A stretch of DNA of 25,293 bases from assembly GCA_039208735.1 (NCBI GenBank), contig JBCCQY010000140.1, positions 1 to 25,293 of the forward strand, given 5' to 3'. Numbering within the stretch: position 1 is the stretch's first letter; each line of letters starts with the position of its first letter. Of the stretch, positions 9,021 to 18,003 are shown in pieces. Origin of the DNA: Myxococcota bacterium (lineage in GTDB: Bacteria; Myxococcota_A; UBA796; GCA-2862545). The notes below the pieces were generated by a model, which saw only the letters and a program-made list of their open reading frames with translations, had not been told where the DNA came from and did no database searches. A program made the translations under genes and the position numbers.

Positions 9021-11120
9021 ATGGACAACGCGGACGTTGCCGCCGTCTTCACCGAAATGGCGGACCTTACCCAGATCGTCGGGGGCAATCCCCACCGCAT
9101 TCGTTCGTTTCGACGCACGGCCCGCATCATCGAGTCGTTGCCCGACGAAGTGGCCACGATGATCAAATACGGCACCCTCGACCGCGTGCCGGGCATCGGC
9201 CCAGGCAGCTTGCGAAGGGTCAAAGACATCCTGCGCACTGGCACCACCGACGACCACCGTCGACTTCGCCAACAGCTCCCGCCTGGCCTCCGTGAACTGC
9301 TGGATGTCAAGGGCATCGGGGCCCCCACCGCACGTCGACTCTGGCAGCAGCTGAAGATCGGCAGCATCGATCAACTCGAGTGGGCCATTCGCGCCGGAGC
9401 GGTACGAAACCTACCGCGAATGGGTCAGCGAACCTCGGAAAAGCTGCTCAAAGCGATCCGAGACCACCGGCTCCGCATCGGCCGGGTGCCGTGGGTCGAG
9501 TCTCGCCGACTAGGGCAGCGCTTGGTGGACGGGCTCCTCGACCGGGCACCGATCGTGGCCGCAACCTTAGCCGGGAGCGTGCGACGGGGAAAAGCCACGA
9601 TCCGCGACATTGACGTGCTCGTCGCGAGCGAGCGCGGCGCCGAGGTCACGGCCACGTTCGCCACGTTGCCCGAGGTCGAAGAGGTGCTCATCCGCGGCGA
9701 AGGGCGTTGCAGCGTGCGCCTGTTCAACCGACAGCAAGCGGACCTTCGCGTGCTCCCACCCGACAATTGGGGCGCCGGCATGCACTATTTCACCGGGAGT
9801 AAGCTTCACAACATCGCGGTGCGAGTCCGCGGTCTGAAGGTGGCCGGACTCAAGATCTCCGACAAGGGCATTTTCCTGCGAGACACCGAAATCCGGGTCC
9901 ACAGTGCCCCCAACGAGGTCGACGTCTTCACAGCCGCGCGTCTCCCCTTCATCGAGCCTGCGATTCGCGAGAACACAGGCGAAGTCGAAGCCGCCGCCGC
10001 CGGACGATTGCCGCGCCTCATCACGGGGCGGGACCTCGCCGGTGACCTGCACATGCACACCCTGGCGAGTGATGGCCGCGGCACCGCGCAAGCGATGGCC
10101 GAGGCCGCGATGCGCCTCGGTCATCGCTACATCGCAATCACCGACCATACCCAATCCCTCACCCTGGCCAACGGGCTCGACGAACGCAGGCTCCTCTCCC
10201 AGGGGCGGCACCTGCGTGATCTCGAAGATCGCCTTGGAACCCTTCGGATCGCACGAGGGGTTGAGGTCGACATCCTGGCCGATGGTTCGCTCGACCTTGA
10301 CGAGGGCATCCTTCGCGAGCTCGATTGGGTCGTGGCCAGCGTCCATTCTCACCTGGACATGGATGGGGACAGCATGACCGACCGGCTCATCGCGGCCATC
10401 GAGTCAGGCGTAGTGGATTGCATTGGGCACCCCCTGGGCCGCCGCCTCGGCGACCGCGCGGCCGCCGATCTTGATCTCGGAAGGCTCCTTCAAGCGGCGC
10501 GACGGGCGGGCGTCGCCCTCGAGATCAACGGAAACCCCTACCGCATGGATCTCGACGACATCGGATGTCGCCGCGCAAAGGAAATGGGAGTGGCCCTGTG
10601 TCTCAACACCGATGCGCACGCTCCTGACCACCTCGCTCGGCAGGAGTTCGGAGTCATCACTGCGCAGCGTGGCTGGATCGAACCCACGGACGTGCTGAAT
10701 ACTCGCAACTGGACCATCATCGCGGATCGTCGACGAGACCGGTTCCGCACGCGGGGCGTCGCCGTTGGATTGGGAGCCGCCTCGGGGGTGTTTGATACGC
10801 AGGTGCATACCGGCGATCCCACGCTCGCGGACCACCATTGGCCCGAGCACACACCGGTCCGATCCACACCGAAAGACTCGGGCGATGGCCCTCCGGTGGA
10901 CGTCGATGACGCCCCCATCGATGAAGCTGTGGATGACGCCGACGAAGTATCGGTCAGGTCGCTGAACGCGCGCCCGCTCGCCGCTCACCTTCGCCTACGG
11001 ATCGAGACGTGGCTGCGCCAAGGCGAAGACGAACCGCTCGAAGAAGCGCTGAAGCGACTGGGGGATAACCCGATGCAAACCGCATTCGACCTTCTCTTTA
11101 CCAATCCCGCGGAGGAATGA
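9021..11120 (+). CDS. polX: DNA polymerase X family / PHP 3'-5' exonuclease
   Basis: MDNADVAAVFTEMADL, HhH motifs VPGIG and VKGIG, AGSVRRGK..IRDIDVL and QADLRV catalytic Asp residues, HYFTGSKLHN; PHP motifs DLHMHT.ASDG, ITDH, GVEVDI, ASVH, IGHP, LEIN, NTDAH. Confidence 0.95.
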   Translation: MDNADVAAVFTEMADLTQIVGGNPHRIRSFRRTARIIESLPDEVATMIKYGTLDRVPGIGPGSLRRVKDILRTGTTDDHRRLRQQLPPGLRELLDVKGIGAPTARRLWQQLKIGSIDQLEWAIRAGAVRNLPRMGQRTSEKLLKAIRDHRLRIGRVPWVESRRLGQRLVDGLLDRAPIVAATLAGSVRRGKATIRDIDVLVASERGAEVTATFATLPEVEEVLIRGEGRCSVRLFNRQQADLRVLPPDNWGAGMHYFTGSKLHNIAVRVRGLKVAGLKISDKGIFLRDTEIRVHSAPNEVDVFTAARLPFIEPAIRENTGEVEAAAAGRLPRLITGRDLAGDLHMHTLASDGRGTAQAMAEAAMRLGHRYIAITDHTQSLTLANGLDERRLLSQGRHLRDLEDRLGTLRIARGVEVDILADGSLDLDEGILRELDWVVASVHSHLDMDGDSMTDRLIAAIESGVVDCIGHPLGRRLGDRAAADLDLGRLLQAARRAGVALEINGNPYRMDLDDIGCRRAKEMGVALCLNTDAHAPDHLARQEFGVITAQRGWIEPTDVLNTRNWTIIADRRRDRFRTRGVAVGLGAASGVFDTQVHTGDPTLADHHWPEHTPVRSTPKDSGDGPPVDVDDAPIDEAVDDADEVSVRSLNARPLAAHLRLRIETWLRQGEDEPLEEALKRLGDNPMQTAFDLLFTNPAEE

Positions 11121-11169
11121 TGCCCGGGAGCCGGCGGGACCGAGTAAGGCAAGGCATGGAGATCGCGGC

Positions 11170-12111
11170 ATGAATTTGGGGACCGAGCCACCACCCCCTG
11201 CGCTGTCGGGCGCGCTCGCGGCCGCGTTTGAGCAACCAATGCATGCCCGCTGGCCCAGTTTGCTCCAAGTCGAGCAAGCGGTCCCCGAGACCCCATGGCT
11301 CCGGTGGGCACAGGTCCGCGCGCTTCGGTCGATGGGTCGTCTCGTGGAAGCGGAAACCCGTGCAAGACGGGTCATGGACAACCTGGCTTCCAAGCTCTCC
11401 ATCGCGGAGCGGCGCCGGGTCCTCGTCGAATGGGGATGGTGCCTTTCTGCCCTCAACCAGCCCGACCAGGCCTACCAGGTGGCCCGTGAAGCCCTCATCG
11501 AAGGCCGCGAGACCTGGAACGGCACCGTCATCGACCCGCTCGAAGAATCCCGCATCGCATGGGCCATTGCGCGGTTTGCCGCCCAAGGCGGCGACGAGGA
11601 CGAAGGGGTGGTGTGGCTTCGGTGTGCGGTGACGGCGGAGACCGACCTTTACCAAGCCCTTCCCGAAGATCCGGTGCTCTCCTTGCTAACGTCCCCCCCT
11701 CCCCTCCCTCTGCTCGAACGCCTTCGCGCCCCATTGCTGTGTTTGGTGGCCGATGGACTGGCCGAAGCGCAAGACAACATGACCGAGGACAACGCTCGAA
11801 TCATTCTTTCGACGGTTTCAGGGCTCATTTGGGTCGGCCGGTACTCGACCCACCACGGAATGGACCGGTCGATTCCAGAGGTTCTGCGAAATGGCGTGAC
11901 CCATGTGGGCGAAAGCCTTGTGGACACCTTGATCTCAAAGCGGACAAGGGTGCCTGCCGAGCGGCTATGGCCCGCCCTGCACGTGCGCGCCCATCTGCAA
12001 GATGTCGAACTTCCCCACACCGATCAAGCCCTCGCCGGCCGGCGGCCCCCCAACGACAATCCGCAAGACCCTTGGATCCAGGCCGTCCTTGAGTGGTGGC
12101 CCCGAGACTAA
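11170..12111 (+). CDS. Hypothetical alpha-helical (TPR-like) protein
   Basis: GGAG RBS; TPR-like segments WGWCLSALNQPDQAYQVAREAL and IARFAAQGGDEDEGVVWLRCAV...EDPVLSLL. Confidence 0.65.
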   Translation: MNLGTEPPPPALSGALAAAFEQPMHARWPSLLQVEQAVPETPWLRWAQVRALRSMGRLVEAETRARRVMDNLASKLSIAERRRVLVEWGWCLSALNQPDQAYQVAREALIEGRETWNGTVIDPLEESRIAWAIARFAAQGGDEDEGVVWLRCAVTAETDLYQALPEDPVLSLLTSPPPLPLLERLRAPLLCLVADGLAEAQDNMTEDNARIILSTVSGLIWVGRYSTHHGMDRSIPEVLRNGVTHVGESLVDTLISKRTRVPAERLWPALHVRAHLQDVELPHTDQALAGRRPPNDNPQDPWIQAVLEWWPRD

Positions 12112-12428
12112 CGCCAACGAGAGGGCATCGGGCCCATGTCACCGGCGTCGTAGCCCGCAGCTCGGAGGTAGGCGGCGCCCCTTCGGCTTCGCGCTCCTGA
12201 GAAGCAATAGAGCACCACCGGCCCGCCCTTTGGAATCTCGGAGACCCGTTCGCCAAGATCCCCAATCGGAATGTTGAGGGCATGGGGCAGGTGTCCCGAC
12301 GCAAACTCTGCCGCAGACCGCACGTCCACCAGCGTAGCCCCAGCTTCAACCCGCTTTCGGCCCTCATCGACCGAGATGCGATCGGGTCCTGAGGTCATCC
12401 AACCCAGGATGGTTTTGAAAAGGCTCAT
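12108..12428 (-). CDS. Single-domain rhodanese (PspE-like sulfurtransferase)
   Basis: LVDVRSAAEFASGHLPHALNIP and active-site loop VVLYCFSGARS; GGAG upstream. Confidence 0.92.
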   Translation of the reverse strand: MSLFKTILGWMTSGPDRISVDEGRKRVEAGATLVDVRSAAEFASGHLPHALNIPIGDLGERVSEIPKGGPVVLYCFSGARSRRGAAYLRAAGYDAGDMGPMPSRWR

Positions 12429-12497
12429 ACCGTCTCGTCTCCTGTCTCAATTCGGCTCATGCAACGGAACGCCGCAGCGCGATGAGCACGATGTTGC

Positions 12498-12513
12498 TGG
12501 CACATCCGTTGCA
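12498..12513 (+). promoter_or_regulatory. Putative sigma-54 (-24/-12) promoter
   Basis: TGGCAC-ATCCG-TTGCA matches TGGCAC-N5-TTGCW with exact spacing; intergenic, 58 nt upstream of ATG 12572. Confidence 0.65.
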
Positions 12514-12571
12514 GAGCCCATGCCGAAGCGTAAGCGTCACGGTACGGCGCATTCAGTCCCTCGGAGCCGCC

Positions 12572-12787
12572 ATGTCTCAACCGACCTCTACCCTTGCCCG
12601 CCTGCTCGTTCGCCGCGACGTTCAGATCTGGATCGTTCTGCTCACGACGATCGGCCTGATCGGTTCGTTTACCCTGTTGCCCGAAGACTGGTCGGTGCCG
12701 CGGCGCATCGCAGCGGGCGTGCTGTTTGGCGTGGGTTCCGCGTTCTGCTTCGCTCTGCCGCGCATGATCGGCGGCCGCGAGTTCTGA
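12572..12787 (+). CDS. Small two-TM membrane protein (71 aa)
   Basis: GGAG RBS before ATG 12572; hydrophobic helices IWIVLLTTIGLIGSFTLL and IAAGVLFGVGSAFCFAL. Confidence 0.7.
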   Translation: MSQPTSTLARLLVRRDVQIWIVLLTTIGLIGSFTLLPEDWSVPRRIAAGVLFGVGSAFCFALPRMIGGREF

Positions 12788-12948
12788 AGCTCGGAGACCC
12801 GCAGATCGCGAAGATCGCAAGATGTTGAAACGGCCACGAAACGGCTTCAAGGGAACCAATGAAGCAGTCGTAGAGCCACGATCCCGCACGGATGGGCCTG
12901 GCGCGGTACGTGATCGTCACCCCACACGATCGAGGGTGACACAACGCC

Positions 12949-13251
12949 ATGGCGCTGACCAACCCACCACATTCGCACAACGTTCCGATGCCTCACCCCA
13001 AGGTTGAAAGCGAGCAAGATCTGCTCGACACCGAGTTCTACGCATCGCACGAACAAGTAGAGATGACCGATACCGGGTCGTTGGTGGTGGTCAACCCTGA
13101 TGCATCGTTGTCGCAAGAGCCCTGGCGCACCCATCCCGTGCCCCCACCCCCCATCGATGCGTGGGCCTGGGTCGGCCCCGCGTTGCTGATGGTGGCATCG
13201 GTCACGGTGCTCGCGGCGGTTCTTCTGGTCGGCTACACGCTTTTCGCGTAG
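12949..13251 (+). CDS. Hypothetical protein with C-terminal membrane anchor
   Basis: Acidic N-part, PVPPPP linker, terminal TM helix; GAGGG upstream; stop abuts the stop of the convergent gene at 13252. Confidence 0.6.
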   Translation: MALTNPPHSHNVPMPHPKVESEQDLLDTEFYASHEQVEMTDTGSLVVVNPDASLSQEPWRTHPVPPPPIDAWAWVGPALLMVASVTVLAAVLLVGYTLFA

Positions 13252-16131
13252 CTACCGACGGACATCGCGATCCCGCGTGGCGGACTGGCCTTGCAAGATG
13301 AGGCCAATGAACACTCCAAGGAAAAGCGCCAGACTGCTCCACAGCACCAACGTGGGGATGGCATTGGGTCCGGGCAGCTTCTTGAGCGTGGCCATGGCGA
13401 TGGCCGACACGAAGAGGCTGACCGCAGAGGCCTGTACGAAAGTGGGCAAGGCTCGTACGGCCAACCGGGCGTACCGCCGTTGGGGACTCTCGCTCGTTTG
13501 GGGAACCCGAGGAGCGAGGTCGGATAGCAGAAGGCCAAAGCTCGCAAGCAGCGTGAGGCCTACCGTGGCGGCATAGCCCCACCAGGCTTCCTTTTCGACC
13601 AATGCAAGCCAGCTTTCCCCTACGTCCAAAACAAGGAACGTGCCCCCGCCGACCGCCGCAAACAACGGCATCAGGTAGCTGAACCGGCTGGGCAAGTCGC
13701 AGCGGTCGGCCACGGTGCGCCGCAGCATTGCGGCATCCCGAAACCGGAGCTGACCGAGGAAGTTTAGATGGACCCGTCGGATCTCGTCGACCGGCAACAA
13801 CGCCAACTGGTCGCGGTCCCGAATCATGGCGCCAATGCCCTTATCATCGGCGGTTTCCATGAGTCGATGGAGCTGCTTGACCGCGGCCGCGGACTGTCGA
13901 CCATGGGCGAGCGCTTCCTCAGACCGACCCTCGAGGCGTTCGAGCAGCGTGTCCATCAATCGCTTCTCGGGCCATCCCAACGTACCGACTTTGGTCTGGA
14001 GAGCCTTTGCGGCAGCCACCAGCTCCTCATGCTGGTCGACCGTGACCGTGGGCTGGGCCGAACGGAGCATCGTTACAGCGGTGCGCAAGCGCCCCAACGC
14101 ACGTTCGGTGCCTCGTCGACGTTCGGCGAGTTCGCCCCTTGGTCCGCGAGGACGACCTCCGATCGCCAGTTCCCGTGTATTGATGCTCAGCGAATCGTCC
14201 CGGTTGCCGAGCCCCGCTTCTTCCTCGGCGGTCAGCCCAAGCCACCACCCCCAACCCACCAAGCCTCCTCGCGGATCGCGGCCGATCACCACGTCTTCCA
14301 GCCGCCCAAACCAGTTCGGATCGGCCAGCGGATCGGTGTCGTGATCGACGGCGGCGAGGAATGCGTTGGCCAATTGGTCAAGGGCATCTCGACCTTGGTG
14401 GTTGTCTTTCAAAATAACCTTAGTACATCGAACCAAATCGGCGAACGCCTTCGCGATTTCCTCAATCCCCGACCCCTCATCGCGGTGTCGGTCGAGCGTG
14501 CTCACGGAATTGACCATCGCGTGCAGCGGAGTGTCCTCTCCGGCATCGGACGGCGGCTCTTGGGTAGGCAACGCAAAATCGGTGCGCAGAACCAACCCAA
14601 GCTCCTGAAAGGTCTTGTAGGGCGGATCCTGCTGCAGCAGCTGCCAAAGAAAGCGGACCCGGTCACTGTCTTTGGTGGCCTCCCGCAAGATTCGTTCGGT
14701 TTGGACCGCCACCTGACCCGCGATGAACCCGTCCTGCAGCCGGCCAAGCGCCAACACGTGTTGAGGCGAAAGCTCGACGTCGCGCATCAGCGTGCGACTC
14801 GTCAAGCGGCGCTCCGCCAACAGCCCACAGAGGCTCGGCTCGGCCACCTCGGCCACCGTGCCCTCGAGCATGCCGAGCTGGGAGTCATCGATGGCAAGCC
14901 GCACAAGCGAGCCCCAAGGCAGCGACTGCGCCTCGGGCAGGTGCATCCACAGGCGAATCTCGGCGAGGAGGCTCGCGAGCTGCGGCTTGGCGGTCACGGC
15001 CAGGCGGTCGCGGTTGAGCAGGCGTTCGAGCCGTTCGACCAAGATCTCGGTCACCACGCCCTCAGGCACCATGCCCAGCCGCAAGGTCAGCGCATCGATG
15101 GCCACGCCTGCCGATTCGCGCATGGTCTCCAGCGCGGCGTCGTCCCCTGCCGCCTGGAACCAGGCCGCGGTATTCAGCCACTCCCACAGCGCATCCACCC
15201 GACCGGGCTTCCAGCGGGGTTTGAGCAGGGACGCTCGGATCGCGTCTCGGGCCCCTCCGGGCGGCAGGGCATCATGGAGTCCTCGGAACGCCGATTCCGT
15301 CAATTCTTCGGCGCCAACTTCGTTGCTGCGCGCGACGAGGGCCGATTCCATTACCTCTCGATGCGGGCCCACCAACTCCGTCAGCGCCATCACGATCACC
15401 GAGCGGTCAGCGTCGTCCCGGGGCAGGGCCATCGAGGCGAGCCAATCCGGATCAATACCTGCCAACTCTGGATCTCCGCCCACCGCCCGCCAACAGCAGC
15501 CCAAAAAGAGCGTGTGCCGGATGAGGTGAACCGCCTTGGTGCCCCCGTCGAACAAGGTTCGGCGCGCTGAGGACAGCCCGGTCTTCGGCCATTGGGTCAC
15601 CGGGTTGGGAAAGCACATCGCCCAAAGCCGCCGCAGCCGTTCCCGCAGCTCGTCGTCCTCTAGCGCGAGCCGGGCCCAAGCCCGACATGCCTCGGGCCAC
15701 GTCTGTCGGCGACGAATCTGGAACGCGACCCCAATAAGGCGACGCACGCGATCATCCACCACCGGGGGGTGTTGCCAAAAGATCCGGCACCACGTGACAA
15801 GTTCGCTCTCCGACATGACGAACGGTGCATCGTGGGGCCACACCCCCATCGCCTGGTCGCCAAGTAAGGGCCTGAAGACTTGCGCCGCCTCGAAGTTGTC
15901 GTCACGAGATAGCCAGCTTGCGAGCGACCGCGGCTGTCGTTTGGCGTTGGCATACAACTCACAGGCCTTCGCCAAACCGCGCAATACCGGCGGGGCCCCC
16001 GCCCCCAACCGTAGGCGTTCTTGGGCCTGCACGGCCCCTCGAAGGTCCATGGCCTCGGCTTCATCGCCCTGCCAGGCGACCAGCCGGTCCGCCAGGCTCA
16101 GCGCTGGCTGCGATTCACTTGCGGCGGACAC
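13252..16131 (-). CDS. Large hypothetical protein (959 aa), helical with about four C-terminal TM helices
   Basis: Long ORF with protein-like composition; GTG start overlaps the upstream ATPase gene by 17 bp; four hydrophobic segments in the last ~145 aa; no enzymatic motif recognised. Confidence 0.8.
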   Translation of the reverse strand: MSAASESQPALSLADRLVAWQGDEAEAMDLRGAVQAQERLRLGAGAPPVLRGLAKACELYANAKRQPRSLASWLSRDDNFEAAQVFRPLLGDQAMGVWPHDAPFVMSESELVTWCRIFWQHPPVVDDRVRRLIGVAFQIRRRQTWPEACRAWARLALEDDELRERLRRLWAMCFPNPVTQWPKTGLSSARRTLFDGGTKAVHLIRHTLFLGCCWRAVGGDPELAGIDPDWLASMALPRDDADRSVIVMALTELVGPHREVMESALVARSNEVGAEELTESAFRGLHDALPPGGARDAIRASLLKPRWKPGRVDALWEWLNTAAWFQAAGDDAALETMRESAGVAIDALTLRLGMVPEGVVTEILVERLERLLNRDRLAVTAKPQLASLLAEIRLWMHLPEAQSLPWGSLVRLAIDDSQLGMLEGTVAEVAEPSLCGLLAERRLTSRTLMRDVELSPQHVLALGRLQDGFIAGQVAVQTERILREATKDSDRVRFLWQLLQQDPPYKTFQELGLVLRTDFALPTQEPPSDAGEDTPLHAMVNSVSTLDRHRDEGSGIEEIAKAFADLVRCTKVILKDNHQGRDALDQLANAFLAAVDHDTDPLADPNWFGRLEDVVIGRDPRGGLVGWGWWLGLTAEEEAGLGNRDDSLSINTRELAIGGRPRGPRGELAERRRGTERALGRLRTAVTMLRSAQPTVTVDQHEELVAAAKALQTKVGTLGWPEKRLMDTLLERLEGRSEEALAHGRQSAAAVKQLHRLMETADDKGIGAMIRDRDQLALLPVDEIRRVHLNFLGQLRFRDAAMLRRTVADRCDLPSRFSYLMPLFAAVGGGTFLVLDVGESWLALVEKEAWWGYAATVGLTLLASFGLLLSDLAPRVPQTSESPQRRYARLAVRALPTFVQASAVSLFVSAIAMATLKKLPGPNAIPTLVLWSSLALFLGVFIGLILQGQSATRDRDVRR

Positions 16132-17854
16132 TAAGCCCCTTCCCGTCGGTCGTCTGAAGCAGCACGACCGGCCCGTCGATATCGGGCAGCGGCTGCCCTC
16201 CGACGTCCTGAATGTTGTCGACGATCAGCGGGATCCATTCGCGTTCAAGAACCCTGCGAATGGCAGCGCGGAGCCACATGTCAGCGACCACCTGGCGGCC
16301 CCGACTCGCCAACCACCACGGTCGCTTGTCGATCAGCACTTCGACGGCCGGATTGTCGCCAAACTCCAGTGTAACGGGGCCCAAATCACCTAGGGCGAGG
16401 GCCTGCCGCTCCGCCACGCCCGACGGCGCCGCTCGCACCGCATCGAGCAGTGCCGAGAACCGCTCGAACTCCCGCGCTGCATCCGCCTGTCGCTGGGACT
16501 CCCGCTCGACGGTGGCCTTGGCCGTCTCCACATCGGCCTTCCACTGCGAAAACGCGCCTTCAAAGGTTGCGGACGCACGAAGCGTCGCTTGGGCCTTGGT
16601 GAGGAGATCCGGATCGGGCCGCGGCACCTGTGGCCTGGCGGGTGCATCATCCGGCACGTCCGGCAAGGCAGGCTCGTCACCAAGCCGCTTCAACTGATCA
16701 CGCCACGAAGCCCGCTTCAACGTGGCTTCTCGAGCCTGGGCAGCAAACTCGGACGCAACTTGAAGTTCTTGATTGGAGGCTTGGTACTTGGTGTTGGCAT
16801 CATCGAATGTCGCCTGCACCTGGATCTGGAACGTCTGCAGCTGCTGGACGTACTGCTGCCCGGCTTCCCACCCCGGTCGACGACACGTGGGGCAAATGGT
16901 AGGATCGATGCCTTGAAACTGCTGCAGCTGGGTTGCCACGGTCTGGTATTGGCCGTAGGCCTGCTGGTAGACCTGCATCGCCTGACTGGCCGCCCACTGC
17001 GCCTGCTGAAGCCGCTGGTCCGCCCCGGTAAATGCTTCGTCCCACGCAGGTTCATCGCCGAGCGCCGTTCGGGACTCGCTCCACCGACGCAGGGCCTCTT
17101 CAGCGGCCGTGCGCAGGTCGCTCGCGCCGACTTTGCGATCGTACTCAGCCCATTGCGTCGCCGCCTCTAGCACCTCGGGATCGACGGCTTCGGCCTCATC
17201 GAGGGTGGGTTCGTTGGCGCGCAATGTGGCGAGCCGTTCGTCGGCGGCGTCGAGACGGCCCTGTGCTTCATCCCGAGCTTTTCGCGCAGCGAGACGCTTG
17301 GCCATCACCTCTTTTTCGGACAGCTCGGTCTCTCCGTCCTTTAGCTCTTGGCCGGCCTCGACCATGAGGCGCTCCACCTCGCCCCCTACATCGGCATCCG
17401 GAAGAATCGAGGTGAGCAGGTCACGGAACGGCCTTGCATTGCCCCCGACCATCGGCACCCACTCCATGGGCGCCAACACTACCCGCAACGTGTCGACGTT
17501 GCGGCCCAGGTCGCCGAGTGCATCGAGAAACTTCGCCTCGGTTGAATACTCCTCGGTCTCTTCGCCGATCGTGATGGATCGTTTTTGGGATCGTCCCCGC
17601 GTGACACTACGCCGAATTCGGCGTCCAGAGTCGAGAACCATCTCGACCACTGCTTTGGTCATTCCGTCGTGGATCGCCTCCGGGCGGAATTTTCCGCCCC
17701 AAGATCGCCCCCAAAGGCAGAACGTGATCGCTTCGAGGATCGATGTCTTGCCAGATTCGGAAGGACCCGTCACGACGGTACGTCCCGTCGGATTGAATTG
17801 GGCCGTGAAGTCCTTGTGGGGACCGAGACCGCTCACCGTGAGTTGCTGCAGCAT
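16115..17854 (-). CDS. Rad50/SbcC-like (SMC-type) ABC ATPase with zinc hook
   Basis: MLQQLTVSGLG..., Walker A GPSESGKTS followed by ILEAITFCLWG, coiled coils, central CPTC (res 321-324), signature-like ASRGRQ, Walker B PLIVDN. Confidence 0.88.
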   Translation of the reverse strand: MLQQLTVSGLGPHKDFTAQFNPTGRTVVTGPSESGKTSILEAITFCLWGRSWGGKFRPEAIHDGMTKAVVEMVLDSGRRIRRSVTRGRSQKRSITIGEETEEYSTEAKFLDALGDLGRNVDTLRVVLAPMEWVPMVGGNARPFRDLLTSILPDADVGGEVERLMVEAGQELKDGETELSEKEVMAKRLAARKARDEAQGRLDAADERLATLRANEPTLDEAEAVDPEVLEAATQWAEYDRKVGASDLRTAAEEALRRWSESRTALGDEPAWDEAFTGADQRLQQAQWAASQAMQVYQQAYGQYQTVATQLQQFQGIDPTICPTCRRPGWEAGQQYVQQLQTFQIQVQATFDDANTKYQASNQELQVASEFAAQAREATLKRASWRDQLKRLGDEPALPDVPDDAPARPQVPRPDPDLLTKAQATLRASATFEGAFSQWKADVETAKATVERESQRQADAAREFERFSALLDAVRAAPSGVAERQALALGDLGPVTLEFGDNPAVEVLIDKRPWWLASRGRQVVADMWLRAAIRRVLEREWIPLIVDNIQDVGGQPLPDIDGPVVLLQTTDGKGLSVRRK

Positions 17855-18003
17855 GTTCTACCAGGCGTTCGAAATGGCGGTGTACTCGATTAATGGGCCT
17901 CGGGTGGGTCCGCTGCCACGATGCGGACAACGACTGACCCCCTGGTCGCGACGAGCGACGCTACCCGATACGATTCTTGGCCGCGGCCCCCGGTGAACGA
18001 CTC

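Noticed and set aside
12803..12823. AGATCGCGA/AGATCGCAA short direct repeat
   Set aside because: Only two short copies with no spacers; not CRISPR, and too weak to call an operator.
13768..15570. 600-aa plus-strand ORF
   Set aside because: Antisense shadow of the 959-aa gene, which has operon coupling and a TM domain; composition looks like a shadow frame.
13252..17854. Assignment as sbcCD, Wadjet or Lamassu
   Set aside because: No SbcD phosphoesterase, JetABD or recognisable LmuA/LmuC genes; the ATPase is much shorter than JetC.
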